Assembly (NCBI GenBank): GCA_010093705.1
Contig: MU006089.1
Coordinates: forward strand, 1,552,455-1,616,454
Direction of reading: 5' to 3'
DNA length: 64,000 nt
Source: Patellaria atrata CBS 101060
Taxonomy: Eukaryota
Positions within the stretch are counted from its first letter, which is position 1. Each line of letters opens with the position of its first letter. Both the position numbers and the translations under genes were made by a program. The notes under the pieces were generated by a model. The model saw nothing but the letters and a program-made list of their open reading frames with translations. It was not told where the DNA came from and searched no databases. Of the stretch, positions 13,001-26,382 are shown one piece after another.

Positions 13001-14863
13001 TGCACGTCCAGGATCACTACACGCAATTAGAGATACGGAGTTAGCCAAACTCCCAAAGACCCTATTTAACAGCCTAGCACTAGAGCATCCCGGCATTACG
13101 ATTAAAATCTCAAAGATCATTGCTACGAGAATGAGGACCCTCATAGATGATCCTTTTCACGAGCAAGGCAAAGAAAGAGCCAAAATCGCCAGTCGAAGTA
13201 ATACTTCATCGACTATCAATCTACGTACGGTAACCGTGCTTCCAGTGACTGCTAGTGTGCCGGTAGTCGAATTTGCCAGCCGACTTGTCAACGCGCTCAC
13301 CCAAATAGGGACTCCGAATGGAGTTGTGTCTTTGAACCAAGCAGCCATTCTGAACCACCTTGGCCGTCATGCTTTCAACAAGATGGGAAAATTAAAATTA
13401 TCGCAGTATCTAGCTGATCTCGAGGAAAAGTATGGCTTAGTCTTGTATGTTGCGGACACTCCAGCAAAATCACCGTGGACCCAAACCTGCATTGCTCAAG
13501 CTGATTGTATTTTGCTCGTTGGATTAGCGGAGGGCTCTGCTGCGGTCGGAGAATACGAAAGATTCCTCTTGACGACGAAAACCACGGCACGAAAAGAGCT
13601 TGTACTGTTACATTCCGAAAGATATTGTCCTTCGGGGATAACACGTAACTGGCTACGGAATCGGGTGTGGATCAATGGAAGCCATCACCACATTCAGATG
13701 TCCTTTCGTACAAACCCTGAGCCTGTCCATTCTCATACAAAAAGATTTGGCACTGCAATCAAACAACGTGTTCAAGTCTTACAGGCTGAGATCCAGAAAT
13801 ATACGTCGCGGAGAGTGAGACAGACGCCATTGTACTCAGCGGATACTCCCTTTAAGGGTGATTTTCATAGACTAGCTCGCCGACTATGCAGTAAATCAGT
13901 TGGACTTGTACTAGGCGGAGGTGGCGCGCGAGGAATTGCCCAAGTTGGCATTATCCGAGCATTGGAGGAAGCAGGTATACCTATTGACATCATCGGGGGA
14001 ACCTCTATTGGAGCATTTATAGGAGCATTATACGCTTGGGATGCAGACGTCGTACCCATGTACGGTAGAGCTAAGAAATTCGCAGGTCGAATGGGTAGTA
14101 TGTGGAGGTTTGCTCTCGATCTCACGTATCCCTCGTAAGTTGTTCTACGTTCCCACGGTTCTTAAGCTAATCGAGCAGCGCATCTTATACCACTGGCCAT
14201 GAGTTCAATCGCGGAATCTTCAAGACTTTCGGTAATTCTCAAATTGAGGATTTCTGGTTGGAGTTCTATTGTAACACAACCAACATAAGTAAAAGCAGGT
14301 CAGAGGTCCACACCAGCGGTTATGTCTGGCGATACGTCAGAGCCTCTATGTCCCTTGCCGGTCTTCTACCTCCGCTTTGTGATGAAGGCGACATGCTACT
14401 CGATGGCGGCTATATCGACAATTTAACGGTAGCACACATGAAATCACTTGGTGCAGACGTGATTTTTGCTGTTGATGTTGGGTCCCTTTACGACAATACT
14501 CCGCATCAATTCGGAGATTCTCTTTCGGGATTTTGGGCTTTATTCAACAGATGGAATCCCTTCTCCTCGTACTCTAATCCACCCACCTTATCAGAAATTC
14601 AAGCACGGCTCGCATACGTCTCAAGCGTAGACGCCCTTGAGAGAGCGAAGACTACACCTGGTTGTCGCTATATGAGACCACCTATCGATCCTTATGGGAC
14701 TTTGGACTTTGCAAAGTTCGATGAGATCTACCAGGTCGGCTATCAGTATGGGAAACAATATTTATCAGAGTTGAGGGAGCAAGGTGTCCTGCCGGTAATG
14801 GAAGAGACTGAGGAGAAAAGGAACCTGAGAAGGACAATGGCACCTAGAAGAGCAAGTATTTAA
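10091..14863 (+). CDS. NTE1: Lysophospholipase NTE1 (cNMP-binding domains + patatin domain); 5 exons, introns 10330-10383, 11501-11554, 11775-11841, 14135-14178
   Basis: N-terminal transmembrane segments, cNMP-like repeats, '[10 protein letters not shown]', nucleophile 'GTSIG', 'LLDGGY'. All four introns are GT-AG and keep the frame. The ATG at 10091 was chosen over the upstream TTG. Confidence 0.95.
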
Positions 14864-15722
14864 TGTGGTTGCTGCACAGTCTGCTTTCGGATTTGGCACT
14901 CTTCTACTTTCCCATCATCAGCAGATCACATCTTTCAATGCTGAGCTTGGTTCCTAGGCATAGTATCACTGATACCCATGTAGTGTGACGAACTAAACGC
15001 AAACATAATCATCTTACTATCCACTCCTTACTTACGAAATTCTCTACCAGTTTCTTACTGTACACTTATCGTAAGGTGAGCTCCGACATGAACTACATAC
15101 GGACTGGAAGATGTCACGAGCAGTTCGATTCAACAGTAAGGTATGTCTCCCATTGCTACTGTTAGCCCAGCTTAGTTTCTATACGCGACCTATACGTTTA
15201 CCAACAGAACCTTGACCGTGGTGGGTTTTCAATATTGCAGTATATGTATGGTTGCCCCAATTTTCTGTTTTGGCTAGTTTTACTGTACTGTACGACTCAT
15301 GAGGTTGAAGGAACTTTCAAATCAGTCGTATAGAGCTCTATGAATAGTACGGCATTATCTGGACGCATTTTGGTACAGCAAGCGTATAGTAGCATAAATA
15401 CCTTATCCTATCAAGGTAGTTGTGAAAAGGTTCGAGTGTATAATACCTCTGATCCATTTCTTTTTGGTACCTGACTGTCTTTGAGTCAATTTTAGCAGTA
15501 CTCCAAGGCGTCCTTTCACTATTAGCGGATATGGTAGCTGTACCTTCCTCACATCTCTCACATTCCTCAACTAAGTCTATACAAATCTGTTCCTCGAAAA
15601 TAATTCTTTATTATCTTCTCCACGGGTACTTTATTTCAATACATTTCATAATCTTCCCTTCATTGTGATTCTTTCAAACGTTCTTCACTACAAACCCTCT
15701 TTGTATCAACCATCCCATCGTC

Positions 15723-16870
15723 ATGGAATCCACATTGGACACGTCGTATCAGTTTTTAGAAACGGCGGACAACCCGGATACCAGCCCTGTCGAACCACGC
15801 TAGAGTATAGCAGTCGAAAACTCCCCTATAGCGTTTGGGGACGCGGAATATGCAGATGTGACGATAAACTGTGGTGATGTCTTAGAAAGTACATAGACTT
15901 GTCGTATGCAAGCAGTCTGCAACCTTTAGACTTGTCTTGCAGGATGCAGACTGGGTGGCTGCCATCTCCTCGGTCTGAAAAGAATACGCTAACGCATGGT
16001 ATTAGACCAACAGTATGAAAACAATCCATTTAAAAAGTCACCCTGACCCGGAAATAAGGAAGCGCGTTCAAGCAGTGCTTCACCGTCTGCTTGATTTCAT
16101 TTACAACGGAGGCTATGCGGATGATTTTAACATCACATTCATTTCCGAATGTGCTCCGATAATCAAAAATGAGCCAGGAAACGAAGCCCAAAGGGAAGCC
16201 CCTAGGACCGAATGGGGAAGTAGAGAGATTAATACCATCCTCTCAGAGCCTCTACCGCTTATTCTTCAAAAGGCGCTGAACAACTTGGACGTCAGTACGC
16301 TTAGTGAAGAGTACCAGCTCAGTGATCTTACCGAACTTGCTGCACGCAAGTTCACAACCGACTTTTCCGAAGCTTACACCTACCTTGAACTTCCTAGTTT
16401 TTTGAGAATCAGTGTACAAATATGGCTACGAACAGGGAAGCTTCGCTTCAACTGTGCGATGCGATAGCCATGGCTTGCAGAGAGCATCTCGATAAGCTCA
16501 TTCCCTCCACAGACTTCTGCAATATCCTCAATCGAATCCCACGTCAAGCCGGAAAGGTTTTGAAATATTTAGCGAGCAGAGGAGGGGTTGCGATGACGTC
16601 TTATCGTGAGCTTTGCGAGCGAGTTGGCCGAGATAAAAGCAGCTGCTCTTGGGTGGCAAAGGGAGAGGCAAGAATACGAGATGAGGATAGCGAAGATTAC
16701 CAGAGACCGCCAGGCCGCTCTGACTTCGAAGGACAAAATACAAGACCACGTGGTTTCTCAAGACAAGAACGTTGAGAAAGAAAATAAGCAACTGCGTCAG
16801 GTGAATAAGTTCTTAATCTGAGAAGCGAATAGATTAAGAAAGAAATTGGACGCTTTTGCGTATGAAGCAC
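15723..16870 (+). pseudogene. Disrupted BTB/POZ-domain protein gene with C-terminal coiled coil
   Basis: ATG 15723; in-frame TAG 15801; 'YADVTINCGD', then a frameshift plus TAG (15883), then 'KVHRLVVCKQSATFR'. Probable intron (CTAAC...TAG, ending ~16005). 'LLDFIYNGGY', 'LSEEYQLSDLTELAARKF'; further frameshifts near 16430 and 16600. Confidence 0.72.
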
Positions 16871-17146
16871 ATAAATAGGAGTGGTGCAGGCAATGTGGTG
16901 CAAGGCCTTTCAATGGAGTTTCCATTTCGGAAGGAAATGATACCAATGGGGAAGTCAGATCTACGATGTAGAGCATGTCTGACCAGTCATGGGTATCTTG
17001 AGAACTTGTGAAGCACAATTGGATGCAGGAGGCTATAGAAATTCATGATATTTGAGCAATATCAATTTGGAGTAGAGAAATACTATTTATGCCGTCATGA
17101 ACCAATAAGGAGCTCCGGATTACTGTTCAAGGGCTAGCCGGATGCT

Positions 17147-17160
17147 GCTTATCGATAAGC
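17147..17160. promoter_or_regulatory. Perfect 14-bp palindrome GCTTATCGATAAGC (inverted GATAA pair) ~440 bp upstream of GCV2
   Basis: Seen directly. The core TTATCGATAA recurs at 46925-46934. Function is inferred. Confidence 0.4.
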
Positions 17161-17596
17161 CAGCGACATCATCTTGAGAGATGCGAAGCAACTGATAGGG
17201 AGTAGATAGTGAATCTTCTCACCGACAAGACCCGTTTTTACCCGTTTCACACTCTGGACTCTCAAATATTATCTCCAAAAGTTTATCATACTCCTTCGGG
17301 CATCCATCAACCCGGCGGTCATTGTGAGCGGTGAAGCTCACATATCTACCACTACGTTTCTTTAACCTCTAATAATCCACCTTACGTGCCGTTTCTCATA
17401 AGAACGTTGCAACGTTTCTTTAATACGAAGTTCAATTCCTCATATATAGCGTTCCTTAACTAAGCAAACATCTTTGAAACATCCTTAGCTAGTTACATCA
17501 CCGAAGACTCAACTTCGCACCATCCAAGCACGAAACCATCCAAATCGTAGTTTCACACAAGTCGGGCGCATTATACAGAAGCCATTGAGCTTCGAA

Positions 17597-20500
17597 ATGC
17601 AGGCATCATTTCGTAGACTCTCCTCAAGCACTTCTCGTCTGTTGCCACACTCGCGGATAGTCGCCACAACCCGGACTCCGAGTTATGTATTATCAGTAAC
17701 AAATAAGCAATGCGCTTCTGTTAAGCGCATCAGACCCAATTACATACGAACATTCTATTCTAGTACAGCTGCAGAAGCTCTTGAACCAGATCCACGATCA
17801 CAAGATGGCACAGTCCAGCACTCCGCCTTCGCACCTCTCGACACCTTCCCTCGACGTCACATTGGGCCTTCCGCACAGTCCGCCGAGGAGATGCTGAAGG
17901 CCCTCGACCCTCCAGTAGATTCTTTAGACGAATTCATAAAACAAGTGCTGCCTAGTGATATCCTCTCCTCGAGGGATCTGAAGATAAAGGGGCCAAAGGT
18001 GCGTGATAAAGACGGAGAAAGCACAAACTTCTCTCAGGACGGTTATACAGAGAGCCAATTGCTAGCCAGGCTGAAAGAGATCGCGAGTGGAAATAAAGTC
18101 TACCGGAGCTACATTGGCTGCGGATATGCTGGAACGAGAGTACCGGAGGTCATAAAGAGAAATGTACTCGAGGGGCCAGGATGGTACACAAGCTATACAC
18201 CATATCAGCCTGAAATCAGTCAGGGGAGGTTGGAATCTCTTCTGAATTTCCAAACTTTGGTGTCAGACCTTACCGCATTACCGATGGCTAATGCGTCCGT
18301 TCTGGATGAACCTACGGCAGCAGCGGAAGCTATGACACTATCGGTAGGTACTCTCCCAATGTCAAGGCAAAAACGCCCGAACAAGGTCTTTTACGTCTCG
18401 CACCTCTGTCATCCCCAAACAATTGCCGTTCTGGAATCTCGTGCACAAGGGTTTGGAATCAAGATCGAGGTAGGGGATATACTTGGAGGTGGATTCGAGA
18501 GACTCGATCAGATAGGAGAAGATCTAATAGGAGTTCTCGTTCAGTATCCCAATACTGAAGGACGTGTCGATGACTTCAAGCAGTTGGCAGACAAAGTTCA
18601 TAAGCTTGGAGGAACTGTTAGCGCTGCGACGGACCTTCTAGCATTGACTGTCCTGACCCCACCAGGTGAATGGGGAGCTGATGTTGCTTTTGGCAATGCG
18701 CAAAGATTTGGTGTACCATTCGGTTATGGAGGCCCTCACGCCGCTTTCTTCGCGTGTAGCGAGAAGCATAAACGTAAAATTCCCGGCCGCTTGATTGGCC
18801 TTTCCAAGGACAGGCTTGGTGACCCTGCTGCTCGACTGGCGCTTCAGACGCGTGAACAGCATATTCGTAGAGAGAAGGCGACGAGTAATATCTGCACTGC
18901 GCAGGCGTTACTAGCCAATATGAGTGCTTTCTATGCTATATATCATGGTCCGGAGGGACTGAAGGCGATTGCGGAGAGATTAATCACTTCAGCGCGCGTT
19001 TTGCAACGTGCAATATCTGATCTAGGATTCCAAACCGGCGATACCCCTGTCGCCTTCGATACGGTCGTTGTGGATTTGACGAATTCAGAGACCAAAGCGA
19101 AAGAGATCGTTGAGTGGGGCGCAAAAGAAAAAAGTATTAACCTTAGAATTATTGACGAGAATCGCATCGGAGTTACCGTTGATGAGACTGTGGATAAAGA
19201 AGATCTAGAGGATATCTTGGAGATATTCCGGAACTTTGGATCTGGCACCAAACCTGACGTTGAAAAGTTGGCTCAAGAAGTCGGGTTTCCTGTTACTGGA
19301 TTATCTCCTACTTTTAAACGCACATCATCCTATCTGACCCATTCCGTATTCAACTCGCATCATTCGGAGACCGAATTGCTCCGCTACATCCATCATCTTC
19401 AATCAAAAGATCTCTCCCTGACCCACTCTATGATACCACTTGGTTCTTGCACTATGAAGCTTAATGCAACCACTGAAATGATACCGGTAACATGGCCAGA
19501 ATTCTCATCCGTACATCCATTCGTACCAATAGATCAGGCAAAAGGTTATGAAACCTTGATCAGCGAGTTGGAAGCCGACCTTGCAGAGATCACTGGTTTC
19601 CATTCCATATCTTTACAACCGAACTCTGGTGCTCAGGGAGAGTTCACTGGGTTGCGTGTCATTCGCAAGTATCTTGAACAGCAGCCGGGCAAAAAGAGAG
19701 ATATTTGCCTCATCCCAGTATCCGCACACGGTACGAATCCCGCAAGTGCAGCGATGGTGGGGATGCGTGTCATCCCAATTAAATGCGACAATATCACTGG
19801 AAACTTGGACATGGAAGATCTTAAAGCTAAGTGTGAGAAGCATAGTGGTGAGCTTGGAGCTATTATGGTGACCTATCCAAGTACTTTTGGTGTTTTCGAA
19901 CCGAAGATAAAAGAGGTCTGTGAGACAGTCCATAAGCACGGAGGCCAAGTATATATGGATGGCGCCAATATGAACGCACAAATTGGGTTGTGTTCTCCCG
20001 GGGAGATCGGTGCTGATGTCTGCCATCTCAATCTTCATAAGACATTTTGCATTCCGCACGGTGGTGGAGGCCCCGGTGTTGGCCCTATCGGAGTCCAGGA
20101 ACATCTTGCACCATTTCTGCCGGGCCATCCTCTCGTAAAGACGGGAGGCGAGAAGGCGATTGCTCCAATTAGTGGCGCGCCCTGGGGAAGTGCAAGTATT
20201 CTTCCCATTAGCTGGGCTTACATCAAGATGATGGGCGGCTTTGGGCTTACACATGCTACTAAAATCACCCTCCTGAATGCTAACTACATCCTCTCTCGAC
20301 TCCGATCACACTATCCAATCCTGTACACCAATTCGGAAGGTAGATGCGCTCATGAGTTCATCCTAGATGTTCGGAAATTCAAAGACACCGCTGGAATCGA
20401 AGCAATAGATATCGCCAAACGTCTGCAGGACTATGGTTTCCATGCCCCTACTATGAGTTGGCCGGTGGCCAATACATTGATGATCGAGCCAACCGAATCC

Positions 20501-20876
20501 GAAAGTAAAGAGGAACTTGATCGATTCTGCGATGCATTGATCAGCATTCGAAAAGAGATCGAAGAAATTGAAAAGGGAGCGCAACCGAAGGAAGGAAATT
20601 TGTTGAAGATGTCACCACATACCCAGAAAGATCTTCTTATCGGAGAGTGGCAGCGACCTTACACTCGTGAGAAGGCGGCGTATCCGCTCCCGTGGTTGAA
20701 AGAAAAAAAGTTCTGGCCGAGTGTCACCCGGCTTGATGACGGTAAGATAATCTTGTTTGACATTTCTGATCATGCACTGATTTTTTGCAGCTTATGGTGA
20801 TACCAACCTGTTTTGCACATGTGCTCCCGTCGCCGATGAGGACATGACTGGAGCAGCTGCACCGTCACCTACCTAA
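17597..20876 (+). CDS. GCV2: Glycine decarboxylase (glycine cleavage P protein), mitochondrial; intron 20742-20790
   Basis: Arg/Ser-rich targeting peptide, 'YTPYQPEISQGRLE', 'TREQHIRREKATSNICTAQAL', 'LGSCTMKLN', PLP lysine in 'HLNLHKTF'; last exon 'AYGDTNLFCTC'. Confidence 0.98.
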
Positions 20877-21479
20877 CATAACGTGTTTAGTTCGTCGCAT
20901 TAATATAACATCACCTCGCGCAAAGCATGGCGTTGGGGATCTTCATCAATCTACACGGCGTTTAAAGTTATAGCAAGGCTTTAACAGCCCCCCTTTGCCT
21001 TTTGTGTCGGGTTCTTGTGGGAGATTATTTCCATCATTTAGAGCCAATTCCCTGCAAGGGAAGTAATTTAAAAAAGTAATACGAGAATCATATCCTATAT
21101 CAACTTTGATACTTCATGCTCTTCAAAAAAAGAAATCTATAGTTGGTGTAGTTTGTGGAATAAGCAAAAAAAATATCCACGTGATAGCGCATCATGCTAA
21201 ATTTGGTCTTAGGCGTGACGCGCACCCTTGCCGATTCTGTAGAACTACCTTAATCAGTTATCCTTACAGTATAACCCTCCCGTTCTCAGTTCTGCCTGTT
21301 TTGTACTTGGTACGGCTACGAGTCTTCAAAACGTTCTCTATCCCCTTTTCTCTTACTGTGATGACGAAGACTATTCGCAAAGAGCGTACAGTAGGGACGA
21401 ATATCACTACGGGGGAGAGATAGAACGTCCTTAGCTGGTCAAGGTTGCATTCATTCTTCATCGAAAACAATACCAACCA

Positions 21480-22753
21480 ATAGAAAACGTACAAGAATCG
21501 AATCCACTTCGAAATGACGACTCGGACGACCATATCAACCGCTTACCTCCACTTCCTAATGAGATATAGAGTGAAATATTCCTCTCCCTTCCTCAAGCAG
21601 ACCTAGCGAGCCTTTGTACCGTCTCCCTCCGCTTTGACAATATTACACGTGAGAGTCTATATCGAATTGAAATAGAGTCTAGTATCCAGCTCGACAACTC
21701 TTTGGAAGTACTAGCAAATCTCCTCAATGTGGTACTGAAATACCCCGAGCTTGCCCGTGCTGTCAAGCATTCTACCTTTATCCGTCTCATGTGCATAGAA
21801 CCTAAGACGAATATGTCAGCAAAAGGTATTTTTCTACGCGTCTTTTGTAAAGACAGAACATGTGGCAACCTACTATCAAGGAAACTCAAATATCCTCGTA
21901 TGAACAAGCATGGGCCCAAGATATACTCGATGGGCGGGAAGAAGCATTATTAGCACTTCTGATCACCCGTCTCACGGAAATTAAGATGCTCACACTGAAT
22001 GTTTAGCATGAACAGCAATTATGTGCGTACCTCAACAGGGTTCTGGAAGCAGCGGTTGAGCAAGATGGAGGGTACCAGCAGTTCTCCAAGTTGACGGAAC
22101 TCAAGATCAGATCTTTCCCATTCGACAAGCATTGTTACACATTAAGTTCGACGGTCTTCTGGCTACCTCAAATTCGCAAGGTCCATGTGGAGGATTATAG
22201 GATTGGACTCTACAGTGGTATCCCTGATCGTACTCTCTGCCAACTTACACACATAACACTCCGAGACGCCTCGTTATCGGTTACGGACCTCTCCTTGATC
22301 TTCGAATGTTGTACTGGCTTGACACATGTTCACTTCAGCGACGAAAATACCCGTCCAATGCCGAACATGTTTCCTGCTCCAATAGCTTCTAGGTTCACCT
22401 TAGAAGAATGCTACGTCCGTGTACCCTACTGGTATATGGGCAGAGATACGGATCTACGCTTATTTAGAAACCTGCAAGTCGTGGACCTGAATTCAGTGTT
22501 CTTCTTAGGAGGTCCCACTAGGACTTTGAATGGGTTTTGCGTGCCCCCTTCTTCGTTGCACAAGATCAAGATTCAACTCTCACTATCTTTTGTAAGTTGT
22601 ACTATTGCGAATGTTCTTTCGCTAAGAGAAGCATGTGACGCCCGCTATTTCCCGAACCTGAGGAAAGTCTATATTGATGTAAATGTAGGAATACCCCGAG
22701 TCCACCGATGGGAGGCAACTTTGGAAGAATTTGGAATCGAGCCTAGCTACTAG
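21480..22753 (+). pseudogene. Disrupted F-box / LRR-like protein gene
   Basis: F-box 'LPPLPNEI*SEIFLSLPQADLASLCTVSLRFDNITRESLYR' (TAG 21567), then 'LLNVVLKYPELARAVKH'. Frameshift between ~21770 and 21890, then 'W...DGREEALLALLITRLTEIKMLTL', TAG 22004, and LRR-like repeats to 22753. The probable start is ATA at 21480 instead of ATG. Confidence 0.72.
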
Positions 22754-23766
22754 GAGGGTGGTAGGGACTATTGACGCTCCCGTGAGGAACCTCATACTCC
22801 GTGAAACGAACTTTGGTATTTGTTGAGCCGTCGTAGACCTTAGCACCTCCACAGTGGGTCCGCATTCATCGGGCTCTGTACGCTCACAGAATATGTACTG
22901 GCTGGCCATCAAGTCCGAAAACGGGATGGACTTACGTATTCCGTACGGCCAAGTTTAATAACGCCTAGGAGTCCTCTGGACGTTTTAGTTTGGCCTGTAC
23001 AGTCCATTTGGAGCCCTGTCCAGGGTTGAGCGTACAGAGCACGGTTTTAGACCTTCAAGTTCTCAATACGGCTCAAGTCTTTCGTGCGTTCTCACCTTTC
23101 CTTTGTCGCAGGGCCGGAGACGGCTTGAAGATAGACTGTACAGTACGGGAAGGTACCACAACGAGGAGGGCATAGGAATCATACAGCGCGGGCATTCCCC
23201 GACTTTATATTACATCACCGGGTGTTCTTGCATAACTCTGTTAGATCCAACGGGAATTAAATAGGGTACACAGTACCGTGTTAGTTGAAAAGTATATAGT
23301 TCTCAAGTTCCTCTGTATATGCAAACTTACCCTATGGACATACCGTCATAAGGAGTCTGTACAGAACGTCAATTGAATCTGTCAATGACTCCATTTCCTC
23401 GAGGAAAGACTCAGTGCAATCCGCGTATAAGTAGATCCTACCGCCCTCGAGCCATCAGGAAACAAAGGTAGCTGTAATTGGGCGTTCGCACGATGTCTAC
23501 TCAACTGAGGTCGTAAGTGCTGCCACCCATTCGTCACTCATGCCTGGATCTTCCCTACCAGACTCAGCATCAGCCCGAAAAATGTGCGGTCGTAATAGGT
23601 ATGATACTGGCTCCAGAGGGAAAGATCCCAATACGAAAGACAAATCCGTGAGAACCATTAAGAAATTAGAAGGAGAACATCCTGCTAACCCCAAGGTAAC
23701 GATCAAACTCTCGACATGAAAGGACCTAGGGATGACTAGCTCCCATTCCAAAGCCTGCCCCTAAGT

Positions 23767-24477
23767 CTAATCATTTATCTCAAAGCTTGTGCCACACCCA
23801 CAGCTGCTCTTCGCCCCCGGAATCTCCGTCACCTTGAACTCGCTTCCAATCAACTCCATCACAAAATCGATCTTACTGCCCTTTATCACCTCTAAGCTCG
23901 ACTGATCAATCACCACATTCGCCCCGCGTCCGTCATCGCTCTCGAATACCGTGTCGTCTTCCTCGGGTGATCTTTCGGAGAGATCGTCGAGTGAGATGCT
24001 GTATTGGAAGCCGTGGCAGCCGCCGGGCTCGACTGTGATCCGTAGAGCGAGGGAGGGGTTGGAGTCTTTGGTACGGATTTTAGAGATGCGCTGGACTGAG
24101 TCTTAGCATCACGTATCTGGGAAATATTCGGAGCAATGTATGAGTGGACTACGTACCTCTGATGCTCGCGGGTGGATGCGGAGGATCATCTCGTTGCCAT
24201 TGTCGTCTTTGCGCGGGTTTAGGACTGCTTTGGCCGTGTGGGAGGTGGAGGATGAGATACCTCTGGATTGAGGAGGTATGATCGCTTTTCTTATAGGATA
24301 GGGTGTAGGACGGGGTCTAATGGATGGAGCTAGGAACTCGAGAAGCGGTGGCGCTGCGGGGAGTGTTGTCAATGTTCGGATAGCCCGGGGTGAGGGACGA
24401 GGTGAGGATCGTGATGTAGCAATGGAGCGTCTAAGCGCTCTCAGACAGGTTGAGCATATATTTGGCGCTGAAGCCAT
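23767..24477 (-). CDS. ISA2: Mitochondrial A-type Fe-S cluster assembly protein (IscA/HesB, Isa2-like); intron 24156-24091
   Basis: Targeting peptide. Exon 2, missing from the ORF track, reads 'LRITVEPGGCHGFQY...IDFVMELIGSEFKV...AKSSCGCGTSF'. Confidence 0.92.
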
Positions 24478-24725
24478 TGTATATCGTGTGAGCGTAGGGT
24501 GTTGGGGAGACAGCGGCGCGGTCAATATGAGTTCTGACGTCGGGTTTGAACAAGAGATGCTTCATAGGCGGTGAGGATTATCTGTCGCCTCGGTCTCTAC
24601 AATTGCGGGACGAGAGCGGCTATTTGCGGTCAATCTTATGTTTTATTTATGCTCTGCTGGCCAGTATAGCCGGCAGTTTGATTTCTTACGACTCTTTTTC
24701 TAATCTTCTCTTAGATTTTATCATT

Positions 24726-26382
24726 ATGGCTGCCCAAACTTATCAAAATGACCCTCAATCGCACACTCTGGCGTATGCTAGAGCTCTCGATGCGGAGGAA
24801 CCACTTCGACACCTCCGAGACGAGTTTACAATACCCTCTAAAGCGGACGTGAAGAGAAACCGGATTGAAAGGACGTGTGCGCACTCCTAGAATCATGTTC
24901 AATTGTCTTATGATTAAGAATTCCTAGACTCAGACGCGCGCAAAGATTTGCAACCCAGTATCTACCTTTGCGGTAACTCCTTAGGCCTACAACCCAAGCG
25001 TACATCGCACTATATACAGAAGTACCTTCAGACATGGGCTACTAAGGGCGTATATGGACACTTCAAAGAATTGGAAGATCAGATCACATCTCCGTGGCTA
25101 CAACTTGACGATGACGTCAAGGTCGAGATGGCGAAGCTGGTGGGCGCCCAGCCGGAGGAGGTCGCTGTAATGCAGACGTTGACGGCCAATCTGCACTTGT
25201 TGATGGCGAGCTTTTATCGGCCGACGAAGGAAAGGTATAAGATCATATTGGAGGGCAAGGCGTTCCCATCTGATCACGTACGTGGTGGAACATACGCCTC
25301 CCTACCTACCCCTATTCCACCTCTTTCGTCGTTTTTTGTACATCCAGCAATCCTGACTGACAAGCCGACAGTATGCTGTCGAATCCCAGATTCACCACCA
25401 CTCCCTCTCCCCCTCCGACGCTATGGTGCTCATCAAACCTCCCGCCGACAACAGTCCCTACCTCCCTACCTCTCATATCCTCTCCATAATTGACGAACAC
25501 GCCTCCACCACCTCCCTCCTCTTACTCCCCGGAATACAGTTCTACACCGGCCAGCTCTTCGATATCGCCACAATAACCGCACACGCACACTCTCGCGGCA
25601 TTACCGTGGGATGGGACCTCGCACACGCTGTCGGTAATGTCCCACTGAAACTGCACGAGTGGGCCGTCGATTTTGCGGTCTGGTGCAACTATAAATACAT
25701 GAATTCCGGCCCGGGAGCAATCGGAGGACTCTTCGTTCACGAAAAACACGGAAGCGTGGGGACTCCACCACCTGCTTCCGAAAGTACAACACCATCTGAA
25801 TCAGAAAGACAACCCTCCGCGCCTCCTTACCGTCCCCGCCTGTCCGGCTGGTGGGGCTCTGATAAACAGTCCCGCTTCGCCATGACGAACGCCTTTGTGC
25901 CCATTCCGGGCGCGAGCGGTTATCAATTGAGCAATCCGTCGGCCGTCGATACGACGGCTGTTCTTGCCTCACTCTCTGTCTTTGCAAGCACAAGTATCGA
26001 CGAGTTGAGGAAGAAGAGTCTGAGGTTGACAGGATACTTGGAGTATCTCCTCCTTTGGGACCATGGCGGTAGTGTCTATGAAATTATTACCCCTTTGAAG
26101 GAGGCGGAACGAGGTGCACAACTCTCTGTAAAACTGAAAGAGGGCATGTTGGAGGGAGTGATGAAAGTGCTCGAGGAGGAGGGCGTTGTGGTCGATGAGA
26201 GACGGCCTGATGTCGTGAGGGTCGCACCGACGCCTTTGTATAATACCTTTGAGGATGTGTGGCGGTTTGTCGATGTGTTCAGGATGGCTTGCAGCGGTGT
26301 AAGGATGGGTGAGAAAGAGGGAGAGGGAGCAGTGATGGTGGAGGCCGCGAGCGAGGATAAGGGGTGGGGGGAAGTGAAGTGA
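24726..26382 (+). CDS. BNA5: Kynureninase; 3 exons, introns ~24877-24927 and 25278-25371
   Basis: '[13 protein letters not shown]', '[19 protein letters not shown]', 'KAFPSDH|YAVES', '[10 protein letters not shown]', PLP lysine in 'WCNYKY', 'RLSGWWG'. The first donor position is approximate. Confidence 0.96.

Noticed and set aside
19613..20254. 213-aa antisense ORF within GCV2
   Set aside because: A shadow of a highly conserved coding strand.
22990..23370. Several CTGTACAG/GTACAG palindromes and a 61-aa ORF
   Set aside because: Irregular spacing, no larger repeat unit and no coding signal.
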